DNA of 64,000 bases from an uncultured Gammaproteobacteria bacterium (GTDB taxonomy: Bacteria > Pseudomonadota > Gammaproteobacteria > DRLM01): positions 512,001 to 576,000 of the forward strand of contig CAVSNY010000007.1 of assembly GCA_963729605.1 (NCBI GenBank), read 5' to 3'. The position numbers were made by a program, and so were the translations under genes. The notes beneath the pieces were generated by a model. That model searched no databases. It was given only the letters and a program-made list of their open reading frames with translations, and had not been told where the DNA came from. The first letter of the stretch is position 1. Each line of letters starts with the position of its first letter. Shown here in pieces: positions 20,268 through 32,500 of the stretch.

Positions 20268-21234
20268 ATGCCTGTGATCATCGTGACCGGCGGCGCCGGG
20301 TTTATCGGCAGCAATCTGGTGCAGGCGCTCAATGCGCGCGGGCGTAATGACGTTCTCGTGGTGGACAATCTCGAGCGCGGCGCAGAAGTTCGTCAATCTC
20401 GCCGATTGCGACATCGCCGATTATCTCGACAAGGACGACTTCATCAATCGCGTCGAAGCGGGCGGCGAGTTCGGCGGCAAGCTCGAGGCGGTGTTCCATC
20501 AGGGCGCCTGTTCCGCCACCACCGAGTGGGACGGCCGCTACTTGATGCGCAACAACTACGAATATTCGAAGCGTTTGTTGCATTATTGCCTCGCGCGGCG
20601 CATCCCGTTCATCTACGCCTCGTCGGCGGCGGTGTACGGCGCCGGCCCGGTGTTCAAGGAGGGACGCGAACACGAGACGCCGCTCAACGCCTACGGCTAT
20701 TCCAAATTTCAGTTCGACGCCTATGTGCGCCGGCTGTTGCCGCGGGCGCGCAGCCAGATCGCGGGGTTGCGTTACTTCAATGTCTACGGTCCGCGCGAGA
20801 GGCACAAGGGCGGCATGGCCAGCGTGGCCTTTCATCTCAACACGCAAGCGCTGAACGGCGAGCACTTGAAGTTGTTCGAAGGTTGCGACGGTTACGGCGA
20901 CGGCGAACAGCGCCGTGATTTTGTCTATGTCGGCGACGCGGTGGACGTCAATCTCTGGTTATTGGACCATCCGGCGGTGTCCGGCATTTTCAATGTGGGC
21001 AGCGGCCGCAGTCAGCCCTTCAACGACGTGGCGCGCGCGGTGATCGCCTGGCACGGCGCCGGCGGGATTGACTACATCCCCTTTCCCGAGTCCTTGCGCG
21101 GGCGTTATCAAAGTTTCACCGAGGCGGACATCGGCGCCTTGCGCGCCGCCGGTTACACCAAGCCGTTTCTCAGCGTGGAGCAAGGCGTGAAATTATATCT
21201 CGACCAACTCAATCATGATCGGGCGCGGCCGTGA
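20268..21234 (+). CDS. hldD: ADP-L-glycero-D-manno-heptose 6-epimerase, split by a 1-nt insertion near 20382
   Basis: The 5' frame has [20 protein letters not shown]. The 3' frame has KFVNLAD, HQGACS.TTEWDG, YGYSK and [11 protein letters not shown]. Confidence 0.95.
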
Positions 21235-21338
21235 ACGGCTTCGATTTGCAACGGTCGGTGGCCGGGCACCGCGCCGCACGCCTCCAGGAGTCCCATATCC
21301 TGATACTGCATTTGTTGTGCGAGGGTTTGGATGCGTGA
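21231..21338 (+). pseudogene. gmhA: Internally deleted gmhA (phosphoheptose isomerase) remnant, 35 codons
   Basis: GTG overlapping the hldD stop opens [51 protein letters not shown] matches the GmhA/SIS C-terminal motif (ARIQExHxxxxHxxC); position after hldE-hldD fits. Confidence 0.7.
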
Positions 21339-21387
21339 GCATTTCAGTAGCGCGATTCTCTCTCGCCAGCCTTGAGAATGGATCGCC

Positions 21388-22641
21388 TTGCGCTACCTCT
21401 ACAGCCTGCTGCTCTATTTACTGATTCCCGCCGTCATCGCGCGCCTGCTGTGGCGCAGCCGCCGCGCGCCCGCCTATCGCCGCCGCTGGGCGGAACGTTT
21501 CGGGTTTATCACGCCCCTGCCGGTGACCGGTGTGGTGTGGGTGCACGCGGTGTCGGTGGGGGAGACCTTGGCGGCGGCACCGCTGATCAAGGCGCTGGCG
21601 GCGCAGGGTGAGCCGGTGCTGGTGACGACGACCACGCCGACCGGGTCGGATCGGGTGCGGGCGCTGTTCGGCAATAACGTGTATCACTGGTATTGTCCCT
21701 ATGATCTGCCCGACGCGGCACGGCGTTTTTTGCGGCGCACCCGGCCCAAGCTCGCGATCATCATGGAGACCGAGTTGTGGCCCAATCTCTTCCACGCCTG
21801 TGCCCGTGAAAAAATTCCGTTGATCGTCGCCAATGCCCGCATGTCGGAACGTTCGGCGCGGGCCTACGGCCGGGTGGCCGCCTTCACCCGCGCGATCCTG
21901 GCCGACGTGACCCTGGTGGCGGCGCAGGGCGAGGCCGACGCCGCGCGGTTGCGGGCCCTGGGCGCGCGCGACGTGCGGGTCACCGGTAATATCAAATTCG
22001 ATTTGCACCTTCCGGCCAGTCTGCTGGAACAGGCGGCGGTGTTGCGCCGCGCCTGGGGCGAGGACCGCTTGGTATGGGTGGCGGCCAGCACCCACGCCGG
22101 CGAGGACGAACAGGTGTTGGACGCCTTCGCGCGGGTGCGGCTCGCCCTGCCCGACTGTCTGCTGGTGCTGGTGCCGCGCCACCCCGAGCGTTTCGACGAG
22201 GTCGCGGCCTTGTGCCGTCAGCGCGGTTTCGCCGTGGCGCGCCGCAGTGAACAACCGCTGTGCGATAGGGAGACGGCGGTGTTTCTGGTCGATCGCATGG
22301 GCGAGCTGCCGGTGTTTTACGCGGCGGGCGACGTGGCCTTCGTCGGCGGCAGCCTGGTGGCCACCGGCGGCCACAATGTGCTGGAGCCCGCCGCCCTGGG
22401 CAAGCCGGTGCTCGTGGGGCCGCATACCTTCAATTTTCTCGACATCACCCGCCAATTGATCGCCGCGGGCGGGGCGGTGGAAATAAGCGATGCGGAGCAA
22501 TTGACCGAAGCGGCGCTGCGTTATCTGGCCGACGCCAATCTGCGCGATACCGCCGGGCACCGGGGTCGCGCCTTGGTGGAAGAAAACCGCGGCGCGTTGG
22601 CGCGCTTGCAGAGCTTGCTCAACGAGTATCTGCGGCCGTGA
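21388..22641 (+). CDS. waaA: Kdo transferase WaaA
   Basis: WVHAVSVGET, METELWPN, TGNIKFD, AASTHAGE, LVPRHPERF and GGHNVLEPA. Confidence 0.97.
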   Translation: MRYLYSLLLYLLIPAVIARLLWRSRRAPAYRRRWAERFGFITPLPVTGVVWVHAVSVGETLAAAPLIKALAAQGEPVLVTTTTPTGSDRVRALFGNNVYHWYCPYDLPDAARRFLRRTRPKLAIIMETELWPNLFHACAREKIPLIVANARMSERSARAYGRVAAFTRAILADVTLVAAQGEADAARLRALGARDVRVTGNIKFDLHLPASLLEQAAVLRRAWGEDRLVWVAASTHAGEDEQVLDAFARVRLALPDCLLVLVPRHPERFDEVAALCRQRGFAVARRSEQPLCDRETAVFLVDRMGELPVFYAAGDVAFVGGSLVATGGHNVLEPAALGKPVLVGPHTFNFLDITRQLIAAGGAVEISDAEQLTEAALRYLADANLRDTAGHRGRALVEENRGALARLQSLLNEYLRP

Positions 22642-22674
22642 ATGAGTCCGCCGCCGAACATCGCCGCTTTACCC

Positions 22675-22823
22675 TAAGGAACCAGTGATTTCAAAGGTTC
22701 CTTGGACGCAAGGATGTGCGTGCATTTTCAATGGCGTTATTGAAAATGAAGGGGAGCGAGAATCCCATTTTCGCTCCCCCGTGTTCTGAAAATTCCAGGG
22801 TGGAATTATCCAGCGCCCCCCTA
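22675..22823. repeat. Five-hairpin MITE-like or structured element, copy A
   Basis: TAAGGAACC...GGTTCC, then hairpins with AGGATG, variable, CCC and GGG loops. Same architecture as 33070-33224; sits between convergent waaA and tolC. Confidence 0.75.
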
Positions 22824-22825
22824 AA

Positions 22826-22956
22826 AAACCGCGGATGCAAATCAGGGAGATCACAGGGAAGCGGGATGTTGCGGCATGGACGAATTCACCTGTCGTTGCC
22901 GAGGACGCGAAGCCGTTTGTTTTACTCCGGGTCCTCTGTGGCCAACTGCTTTTTTC
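22826..22956. repeat. Inverted-pair REP-like element, family 'ACCGCGGATGCAAA...CTCCGTG', degenerate copy
   Basis: AAACCGCGGATGCAAATCAGGGAGATCACAGG...CTCCGGGTCCTCTGTGGCCAACTGCTTTTTTC aligns end to end with 39860-40007. Confidence 0.7.
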
Positions 22957-22965
22957 GGTGTTTTC

Positions 22966-24297
22966 TCAATTCAGCCAGCGATTGATCTCTTCGAGGTCCT
23001 TGACTTCGAGCAGGCCCGCCGCCTGCCGCAGGCGCAGGATGCTGAGGATGTAGTCGTAACGCGTCCGCGCGTAATTGCGCTGGGCGTCGAAGAGATTGCG
23101 CCGCGACTGCACCACGTCGACGATGGTGCGGGTGCCGACTTCATAACCCGCCTCGGTGGCCTCCAGCGCGCTCTCGCTGGAGATTCGCGCCTGTTTGAGT
23201 GCGTTGACGCTGCTGATGTTGTCGAGCACGTTGAGGTAGGCGCTGCGGGTCTGGCGGTCGACGGCGCGCCGCTGTTGCTCGAGCGCCTCCTTGGCCTGGA
23301 TCAAACGGTATTGGCCCTCGCGGACGCGGGCGGAGGTGCCGCCGCCTTCGTAGAGCGGCAGGCGTAATTGCAGGCCGATGCTGCTGTCGTACGATTCGCT
23401 GGCGCCGAAGCGGCCCGCCCCCACGTCGCTGTAACCGTAGCTGGCCACCGCGTCGAGGGTGGGGTAGTGGCCGGCGCGGCGCAGCTTCATCTCTTCGCGG
23501 GCGGCGTCCACGGCGAACTGCGCGGCGATGAATGACAGATTCTGTCTGCCGGCGTTTTCCAGCCAGACGGTCATGTCGGCCGGCTCGGGGGTGAGCAGGG
23601 GGATGGTTTCTCGCAGGGTGGCGAGGGTGGCCGGGCTGTAGCCGGTGGTTTCCCGCAGTTCTTCCCGGCTGATGGCGAGGCGGGTTTCCGCGGCAATTTC
23701 CCGCGCGACGGCGAGGTCGTAGGCGGCCTGCGATTCGTGCACGTCGGTGATGGCGATCAGCCCTACCTCAAAACGCTGTTTGATTTGTTCGAACAGCCGC
23801 TGATTGGCGTTTTTTTCGGCGCGGGCAAATTCCAGGTCGTCGGCCGCGGCCAGGACATTGAAATAGAGGTCGGCGGTGCGCACCACCAGGTTCTGCCATT
23901 CGGCGTCGTAATTGGCGAGGGCCTGGCCGATGGCGGCGTCCGCTTGGCGCAGGCTCACGAAATAGTCGCGGCGGTAAAGCGCCTGGTTGAGGTTGAGGCT
24001 GTAACTCTTGGTGGTGGAGTTAAAAGTGCCGGGCTGGAATAAGGGGCTGTTGCTGTTTTCGATCTCTTGCCGTTCGCGGGAGAGGCCGGCGGTGGCGGTG
24101 AGCTGCGGCAGTAATCGGGCTCGGGCCTGGCTCTTGGTTTGTTCGACGGCCTGATAAGCGGCCTCGGCTTGCCGCAATTGCGGGTCGTTTTCCGCCGCCC
24201 GCTGATAGACCTCCAGCAGCGTATCGGCCGATGCGATGCCGGGCAGGGTGGCGAGGGCCACGGCGCTGGCGAGGAAAACGGCTCGAATCCGGGACAC
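22966..24297 (-). CDS. tolC: TolC-family outer membrane channel
   Basis: Signal peptide then DTLLEVYQRA.ENDPQL, RFEVGLIAITDV, AGHYPTLD and GYEVGTRTIVDV; GTG 24297 with AAGGA RBS. Confidence 0.95.
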   Translation of the reverse strand: MSRIRAVFLASAVALATLPGIASADTLLEVYQRAAENDPQLRQAEAAYQAVEQTKSQARARLLPQLTATAGLSRERQEIENSNSPLFQPGTFNSTTKSYSLNLNQALYRRDYFVSLRQADAAIGQALANYDAEWQNLVVRTADLYFNVLAAADDLEFARAEKNANQRLFEQIKQRFEVGLIAITDVHESQAAYDLAVAREIAAETRLAISREELRETTGYSPATLATLRETIPLLTPEPADMTVWLENAGRQNLSFIAAQFAVDAAREEMKLRRAGHYPTLDAVASYGYSDVGAGRFGASESYDSSIGLQLRLPLYEGGGTSARVREGQYRLIQAKEALEQQRRAVDRQTRSAYLNVLDNISSVNALKQARISSESALEATEAGYEVGTRTIVDVVQSRRNLFDAQRNYARTRYDYILSILRLRQAAGLLEVKDLEEINRWLN

Positions 24298-24322
24298 GGG
24301 GCTTCCTTTGGCTTTGTTGTTT

Positions 24323-24643
24323 TTAATACGTCGGCATGTCCGGGTCCACTTCTTCGGCCCAGGCATCGACGCCGCCGGCCAGATTGAGGACGTTGCTGAA
24401 GCCGATCTGGATCAGATAGCCGGCCACCCGCGCGCTGCGTCCGCCGTGGTGGCAGATCACGATGGTCTCCTGCTCGGGGTCGAGGTCGGCGCTGGCCTCG
24501 GGTATCTGATTCATGGGGATGTGCCGCGAACCCTCGATGCGGCAGATGGCCCATTCGTGGGGCTCGCGCACGTCGAGCAAAAGGGGTTTCGGATCGGCCG
24601 TCTCAAGGTAGGTTTTGAGTTCGGTGGGGGTGATTTCTAACAT
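24323..24643 (-). CDS. Single-domain rhodanese (sulfurtransferase)
   Basis: LLDVREPHE, ICHHGGRS and NLAGGVDAW. Confidence 0.92.
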   Translation of the reverse strand: MLEITPTELKTYLETADPKPLLLDVREPHEWAICRIEGSRHIPMNQIPEASADLDPEQETIVICHHGGRSARVAGYLIQIGFSNVLNLAGGVDAWAEEVDPDMPTY

Positions 24644-24702
24644 CGCGCTGCCCTAGGCCTGTCGGTTGAATGGGGGATAGGCCTAGCTTAATAGGTGGTC
24701 TC

Positions 24703-25362
24703 TCAGAAAACAAACCGGGGCGGCTGCGGCGCGTTGATCAAAGGCGGCAGCACCGTTTCAAACAGGGTGCGCTCGTTCCAGCTCTCCTCGCCGATGCGGG
24801 TGATCAGTCGGGCGGTCATCACCGGGGCGTCGCCGGTGATGACGAACAGCCGGCCGCCGGTTTTGAGGCTGCGGCGCAGGCCGTCGGGCAACACCGGCAA
24901 GGAACCGGTCACGGCGATGACGTGGTAGGGGCCGTGTTGTTCCCAGCCGCGGCTGGCGTCGCCGACGTCCAGGGTGACATTGGCGATGCCGTGGGCCGTC
25001 AGTTTGTGGCGGGCCCGCTCCGCGAAGTCGGCATGGATGTCCACGCTGTACACCTGTTTGGCGCAGCGGGCGAGCAGGGCCGTGAAATAGCCGCTGCCGG
25101 TGCCGATCTCCAGCGCCGATTCGCCGGGCTGGACATTGAGCGCCTGCAGCATGCGCGCCTCGACCTTGGGCGCCATCATCACCTCGCCGTGTTCCAGCGG
25201 GATGTGGGTATCGGCGTAGGCCAGGCTGAGGTAGGCGGCGGGCACGAAGGCCTCGCGGGGCAGGCTGTCGATCAGTTCCAGTACCCGTTGATCCAGCACG
25301 TCCCAGGGGCGGATCTGCTGTTCGATCATGTTATGGCGGGCTAGCGCGAGATTCGGCGTCAC
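24703..25362 (-). CDS. pcm: Protein-L-isoaspartate O-methyltransferase (Pcm paralogue)
   Basis: ARHNMIEQQIRPWDV, PREAFVP and LEIGTGSGY; typical pcm-rhodanese-tolC order. Confidence 0.92.
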   Translation of the reverse strand: MTPNLALARHNMIEQQIRPWDVLDQRVLELIDSLPREAFVPAAYLSLAYADTHIPLEHGEVMMAPKVEARMLQALNVQPGESALEIGTGSGYFTALLARCAKQVYSVDIHADFAERARHKLTAHGIANVTLDVGDASRGWEQHGPYHVIAVTGSLPVLPDGLRRSLKTGGRLFVITGDAPVMTARLITRIGEESWNERTLFETVLPPLINAPQPPRFVF

Positions 25363-25596
25363 GTGGATATCCTATGAATACAAAACCCGTCCAAGGTTAA
25401 GCGGTTTGCGGGTGGCAGGCAAGGGTGCGGGCGCGGCGCCGCCACGGCCGGTCGCGATAAAAAATATCGCCGGCAAGGCGCCAGGAAAGACTTTTCTTTG
25501 AGCGGGCTCGATTCGGCCGCCGTTTGACGCCGTTATCTTGCAAATCCGGGGCGCTTGCTATAGCTTGAACCCTCCCCGGCGGGTGCTTTCCCGCCG

Positions 25597-25680
25597 GCTG
25601 GCTAGGGGTGCCTCGCGCAGCGGGGCTGAGAAACACCCTTTGAACCTGATCCGGTTGAGACCGGCGTAGGGAAGCCGCGC
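25597..25680 (+). ncRNA. TPP riboswitch
   Basis: GGGGTGC...GGCTGAGA-AACACCC...GAACCTGATCCGG...ACCGGCGTAGGGA THI-box signature directly upstream of thiC. Confidence 0.95.
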
Positions 25681-25731
25681 CTCCGCCGCCGCCCTTGCGT
25701 CCATCATCTTCCCTTAAATTCGAGAACCTGA

Positions 25732-27621
<1,890 letters not shown>

Positions 27622-27790
27622 GGTCCGTCTGCGCAAGCGGGTCGCGCTGAACCGGCCGCCGTGCTGCTCCGCCTATTTTATTTCGATAAGGTGAGGGCCG
27701 GCGGCGTTCAGCGCGCATTAACCCGCGCGGATATAGACTGAGCTGAATTGAACCGACGGCGGTTCATCGCGGTCGTGACCGAGGGGAGGG

Positions 27791-28384
27791 ATGATGGGCA
27801 GATTTTTATGCGCGCTGGTGCTGCTGAGCCTCCCGCCCGCCACGCTGCTGGCCGACTCCTCGTTCAAATGCGGCAACCGCATCGTCTCCCTCGGCGACAG
27901 CAAGGCCGAGGTGCTGATCCGTTGCGGCGCGCCGGATTGGCAGGACGATTGGACCGAATACCTCGTCGAAAGCCTGTCCGCCGCCGCGGAACGGCGAATC
28001 TCCATCGCGCGCGAGGTCTGGTTGTACGATCTCGGTCCCACGGCCTTTCAACGCATCCTCACTTTTGAGAACGGCCGCTTGCAGGACATCGCCACCGGCG
28101 GGCGGGGTATCGCCCCACCGGGCCGGCCGGGGCAGGATTGCGGTTTCGATACCCTGGACGAGGGCCTGACTCAATATGAAGTGCTGCGGCGCTGTGGCCG
28201 GCCCTTCTTCGCCGATTCCCGTTATGAAGAAAGTTTATTGGCGCGCGACGAGATGAGCCGGCGTTTGATTAATAAACGCATCGATGAGTGGACCTATAAT
28301 CTGGGACCCAATCAGTTCATGCGGATTTTAATCTTTGAAGGCGGCCGGCTGTCGCGGGTGGTTTCCGGAAACCGCGGAGAATAG
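27791..28384 (+). CDS. Exported protein with two tandem DUF2845-like repeats
   Basis: Signal peptide; the unit C....G....EVL..CG.P...W.Y.LGP..F.RIL.FE.GRL occurs twice. Confidence 0.75.
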   Translation: MMGRFLCALVLLSLPPATLLADSSFKCGNRIVSLGDSKAEVLIRCGAPDWQDDWTEYLVESLSAAAERRISIAREVWLYDLGPTAFQRILTFENGRLQDIATGGRGIAPPGRPGQDCGFDTLDEGLTQYEVLRRCGRPFFADSRYEESLLARDEMSRRLINKRIDEWTYNLGPNQFMRILIFEGGRLSRVVSGNRGE

Positions 28385-28480
28385 CCGGGTCCCGCGCCGG
28401 CGATACGCCGCGGTGCGGAAAGACCGTCGGCTGTTCCCTGGAGGTGGATTGCGCGTCGTTGCTTGCCGCGCGGCGAATCT

Positions 28481-28879
28481 TCAGGACTTCTCGTCTTCCT
28501 CGTCCCAGTCGGCATCGTCCTCTTCGATGTCCTCGATCGGCAGGGCCTCCAAGGCGTCGTCGTCGGTTTTCTTGGCCTTGGCTTTCGCCGGTGGCGCGCG
28601 CTCGGGCACGATCAAGGTTTGGGTGACCCGCGGCGTGAAATTGCGCAGGACATCGCCGTAGGTTTGCTTCAGTTCGTCGGCCAGTTTGGCCTCTTTGTCT
28701 TTCAGCTCGCGCAGCTTGGGTTCGACGATCTGGCGGTTATATTCGAGTATTGCCTTCCGTGCGAGGTTGTAGAGGTAAAACGTCTCCGGATTGCCCGTGT
28801 CGAGCTTGCGATCCAGGAGGACCGGGCTGCTCTTGGCGCCCGCTTCAAGATAACCGTACCAGTGTTGCTTGTCGTTCAT
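28481..28879 (-). CDS. Hypothetical protein with an acidic C-terminal tail
   Basis: Protein-like composition (WYGYLEAGAKSSPV...), AGGA RBS, D/E-rich tail. Confidence 0.75.
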   Translation of the reverse strand: MNDKQHWYGYLEAGAKSSPVLLDRKLDTGNPETFYLYNLARKAILEYNRQIVEPKLRELKDKEAKLADELKQTYGDVLRNFTPRVTQTLIVPERAPPAKAKAKKTDDDALEALPIEDIEEDDADWDEEDEKS

Positions 28880-29587
28880 TGTCCTGAGGTGTCTTTAGTT
28901 AGGTTGAGTCATGGTTGTTCCCTTCACGGCCGGCGGCCCGTCGCGCCCGTCCGGTCCGTGCACACTCTACCTCGCCGGCGGAAGCTCGGCCCGCCGCCAG
29001 TGTGAGGCGGTCAAAATAATAACGTGATTGTCGCGCTTGTATAGCCCCCCTGGATGATTGGTGTCTGGCTCGGTTATCGGTTGCTGATCCGCGTCCCTTA
29101 GGCCGTACGGTATTTTTAAAGACGCGCCGGTCGGCTTGGCCGTTTTCCGTAACGGGTCTTTATCACACGTCGATTAGTGTTATTCGGATGCGCCTTTAAA
29201 TGAATGCGATGTTTTGCCCGCCGCAAGACGGGGAAGAGACTGGCGTTGGGGGGCGCGCGGCGTCACCGGAAAAGCGATTTGATGTAACAGTGATATATTT
29301 ATTGTTTTTTGTTAGAAGGGCTTGGCGGCTCGAGCGGCGAATATTCATGCCCCTTGGTTCGCGGCCGATTATTTAAGGGTGCTGTCAGGGGTAAACCAGT
29401 CAAAAAACTGGGTTTTAGTTTGCTCGCGGTCAGCCGTCAAGAGAGGGCAGGTTGTGCGCCGCTACCGGATGATTAAGTTGATGAAGTCTTCAGAAAGGAA
29501 CGATGTGACGCGATCATTGGCGGGTGAACGCCCTCAGGCGAATTGGGATGATGATATCCGCGCCGGGCAGGGCCGCGATCCCGGGAG

Positions 29588-32500
29588 ATGCTGATGAGCG
29601 TGACCCTTGCCCGGAACTGGGAGCTTGCCCCTCGCCCCGTGGCCATGACGCTGATCGGCGTCGTGGTGCTGTTCATCGTCGGCGACTATGTCCTGCCTTT
29701 CAGCCAGGAGGCGAGGCATTGGTGGACCGATGCCTTCTGGACCGCGATGTCCTTGGCGGCCGCGCTGCGCTGTTTCGCGGTGGCGCGCGCCTTGTCAGGT
29801 CGATTGAGCCTGGCCTGGTGGATGTTCGGCGCGGGTTGCTTCGCGTGGTTCGTGGGCATGGTGGTCTGGAATTACCTGGAATTGGTGGTCGGAGAACTGA
29901 CGCCGTTTCCCGCGTTGTCGGATATAGGATTTTTGCTGCTCGCGCCCTTCGCCGCCGCGGGGCTGTTTTATTACCGGGCCGAAAAGCGCAGCGCGCAGTT
30001 CACCTTGATGGAGTTCAGCCAATTCGGCATTTTCATCGCGTGCCTGGTCGCCGCGCACGTGGTGATTTTCTACCAACCGATCCTGGACCACCGGCATGAG
30101 GATATGTATGTCGTCACCGCCCTCGCTTATCCGGTGTTGTATCTCGCATTGATCATCTACGCCATCACCAGCCTGTATTTCTATGCCCATGGCCCGGTAC
30201 GGCAGGTACTGGTATACGTCGTCGCGGGAATCGCCGTGCAAGTGATCACCCATATCCTCTACGCCTATGCCTTGCTGGGACAGACTTATGAGGCGGGTAA
30301 TTATCTGGACGTGGGATGGATCGCCGGTTTCGCGCTCATTTATTACGCCGCGGTCAAGCAGGCCAAACTGGTTTCCAACGACATGGAGATGAGCGAACGC
30401 ACCTTCCCCCGCGAGTTGCGTTTCGGCCGCATGATGTCGCCCCTGGCGCTATTGACCACCGTGCTGGTGGTGGTGGTGTTCCGCGACAATCTGCGGCCCG
30501 AGATGATCGATATCCTCATCCCGGTGGTGGTCTGTCTGCTGATCTGTCTGGCCTTGCGTGAATGGGCCAGCAGCCAGTTGGAAGAAAGCCTCAATGACGC
30601 CGTGCGGTCTTCCGAGGAAAAGTTGCGGCAGACCGCGCGAGTGGCGCCGGTGGGTATTTTTCGGACCGACGCCAAGGGCGAGTGCGTCTACGTCAACGCG
30701 TATTCCTGCGAGCTCATCGGCTTGACGCCGGCGGCCTGTCTGGGCCACGGCTGGATGCATTCATTACATCCGGACGATCGCGAGCGGGTCATCGATCAGT
30801 GGTTGGCGGCGGTGGCCTGCGCGGGGAATTTTCGCGACGAATACCGCTTGATCCACGCCAGCGGCGAGATGGTCTGGGTGTTGGGCGCGGCGGTGCCGGA
30901 GCGCGACGGTTCGGGCAAGGTCATCGGCTACGTCGGCAGCGTCATGGATATCACCGCGCGCAGGGAAATGGAGCAGGCCCTGCGTGAATCGGAAGAACGC
31001 TTCCGCAAGGTGTTCGCCTCCAGCCCGGTGCTGATCAGCATCACGCGCAAGAGCGACGGCGCATTCCTCGACGTCAACGCCGCGTTTTTGGAGACCACCG
31101 GCTGGCGGCGCGATGAACTCATCGGCCGCACCGCGTTGGACATAAAGCTGTGGATGGCGCCGCAGGACCGGGCGCATATGCTGGCGCGCCTGCAATCGGA
31201 GGCGGAATTGAGCGGGGCGGATTGGTGCCTGCGGACCAAGACCGGCGAGATTCGCGACGTATTGGGGTCGATCGAGGTGGTGAGCCTGGGCGGCGAGGAT
31301 TGCATCGTGGTGGTGGCGCAGGACATCACCGATCGCAAGCGCACCGACGCGCAAATGCTCAAATTGTCCAGCGCCCTGGAACAGACCGCCGACGCGGTGA
31401 TGATCACCGATCGCCACGGCGTGATCGAATACGTCAATACCGCCTTCGAGCAGATCACCGGTTATCAAAGCGACGAGGTGCGCGGCAAGCAGCCGAATAT
31501 CCTCAATTCCCAAAAGCAGAGTCAGGAGTTCTATCGCGATATGTGGGCCAGCATCCTGGCCGGCAAGATCTACAGCGACGTCTTCATCAACAAAAAGAAG
31601 GACGGCACGTTTTATTACGAGGAAAAAACCATCACGCCGCTCAAGGATGAGAAAGGTGTCATCAGTCATTTCGTCAGCACCGGCCGCGACATCACCGAGC
31701 GCATGCAGACCCAGGAACGTTTGCAGTTTCTCGCCCATCACGATGTGCTGACCGAGCTGCCCAATCGCAGCCTGTTTCTCGATCGGCTCAAACAATCCCT
31801 GGCCTACGCCCGCTGGCACGCGCGGCTGGTGGCGGTGTTGTTTCTCGATATCGACCGTTTCAAAAATATCAACGACACCCTCGGCCACGAGGCGGGCGAC
31901 TGTTTATTGCAGGAACTGGCGGTGCGGCTGGGCGGCTGTCTGCGCGAGCGGGATACCGTGGCGCGCTTCGGCGGTGACGAGTTCGTGATTTTGTTGAACG
32001 ACGTGGCGGAGGCGGGCGACGTCAATCTGCTCGCGCAAAAAATTCTCGATGTGTTGAAGCCGCCGTTCTCGATCAACGAGACCACTTTGCACGTCACCGC
32101 CAGTATCGGCATCAGTCTGTTTCCCGGCGACGGCGATGATTCGGGCAGTCTGCTGCGCAACGCCGACAACGCCATGTACCGCGCCAAGGAATTGGGCCGC
32201 AATAACTATCAGTTTTATTCCTCCGAGATGGGCGCCCGCGCCCTGGCGCGCCTTACCTTGGAAAACAGCCTGCGCCGCGCTTTGGAGAACAAGGAGTTCG
32301 TGCTGCATTATCAGCCGCAGGTGGACGCCCGCGATGGACGGGTGGTGGGCGTCGAGGCCTTGCTGCGCTGGCAACATCCGGAACTGGGGCTGATGCCGCC
32401 CTTGGAATTCGTGCCGCTGCTGGAAGAGACCGGCCTGATCGTCCCGGTCGGCCAGTGGGTGCTGCAAACCGCCTGCGAGCAATTGGCGGCTTGGCGGCGG

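Noticed and set aside
8915-20390. Programmed ribosomal frameshifting in ilvE, hldE or hldD
   Set aside because: No slippery heptamer or homopolymer tract at the sites, and these genes are not known to be recoded.
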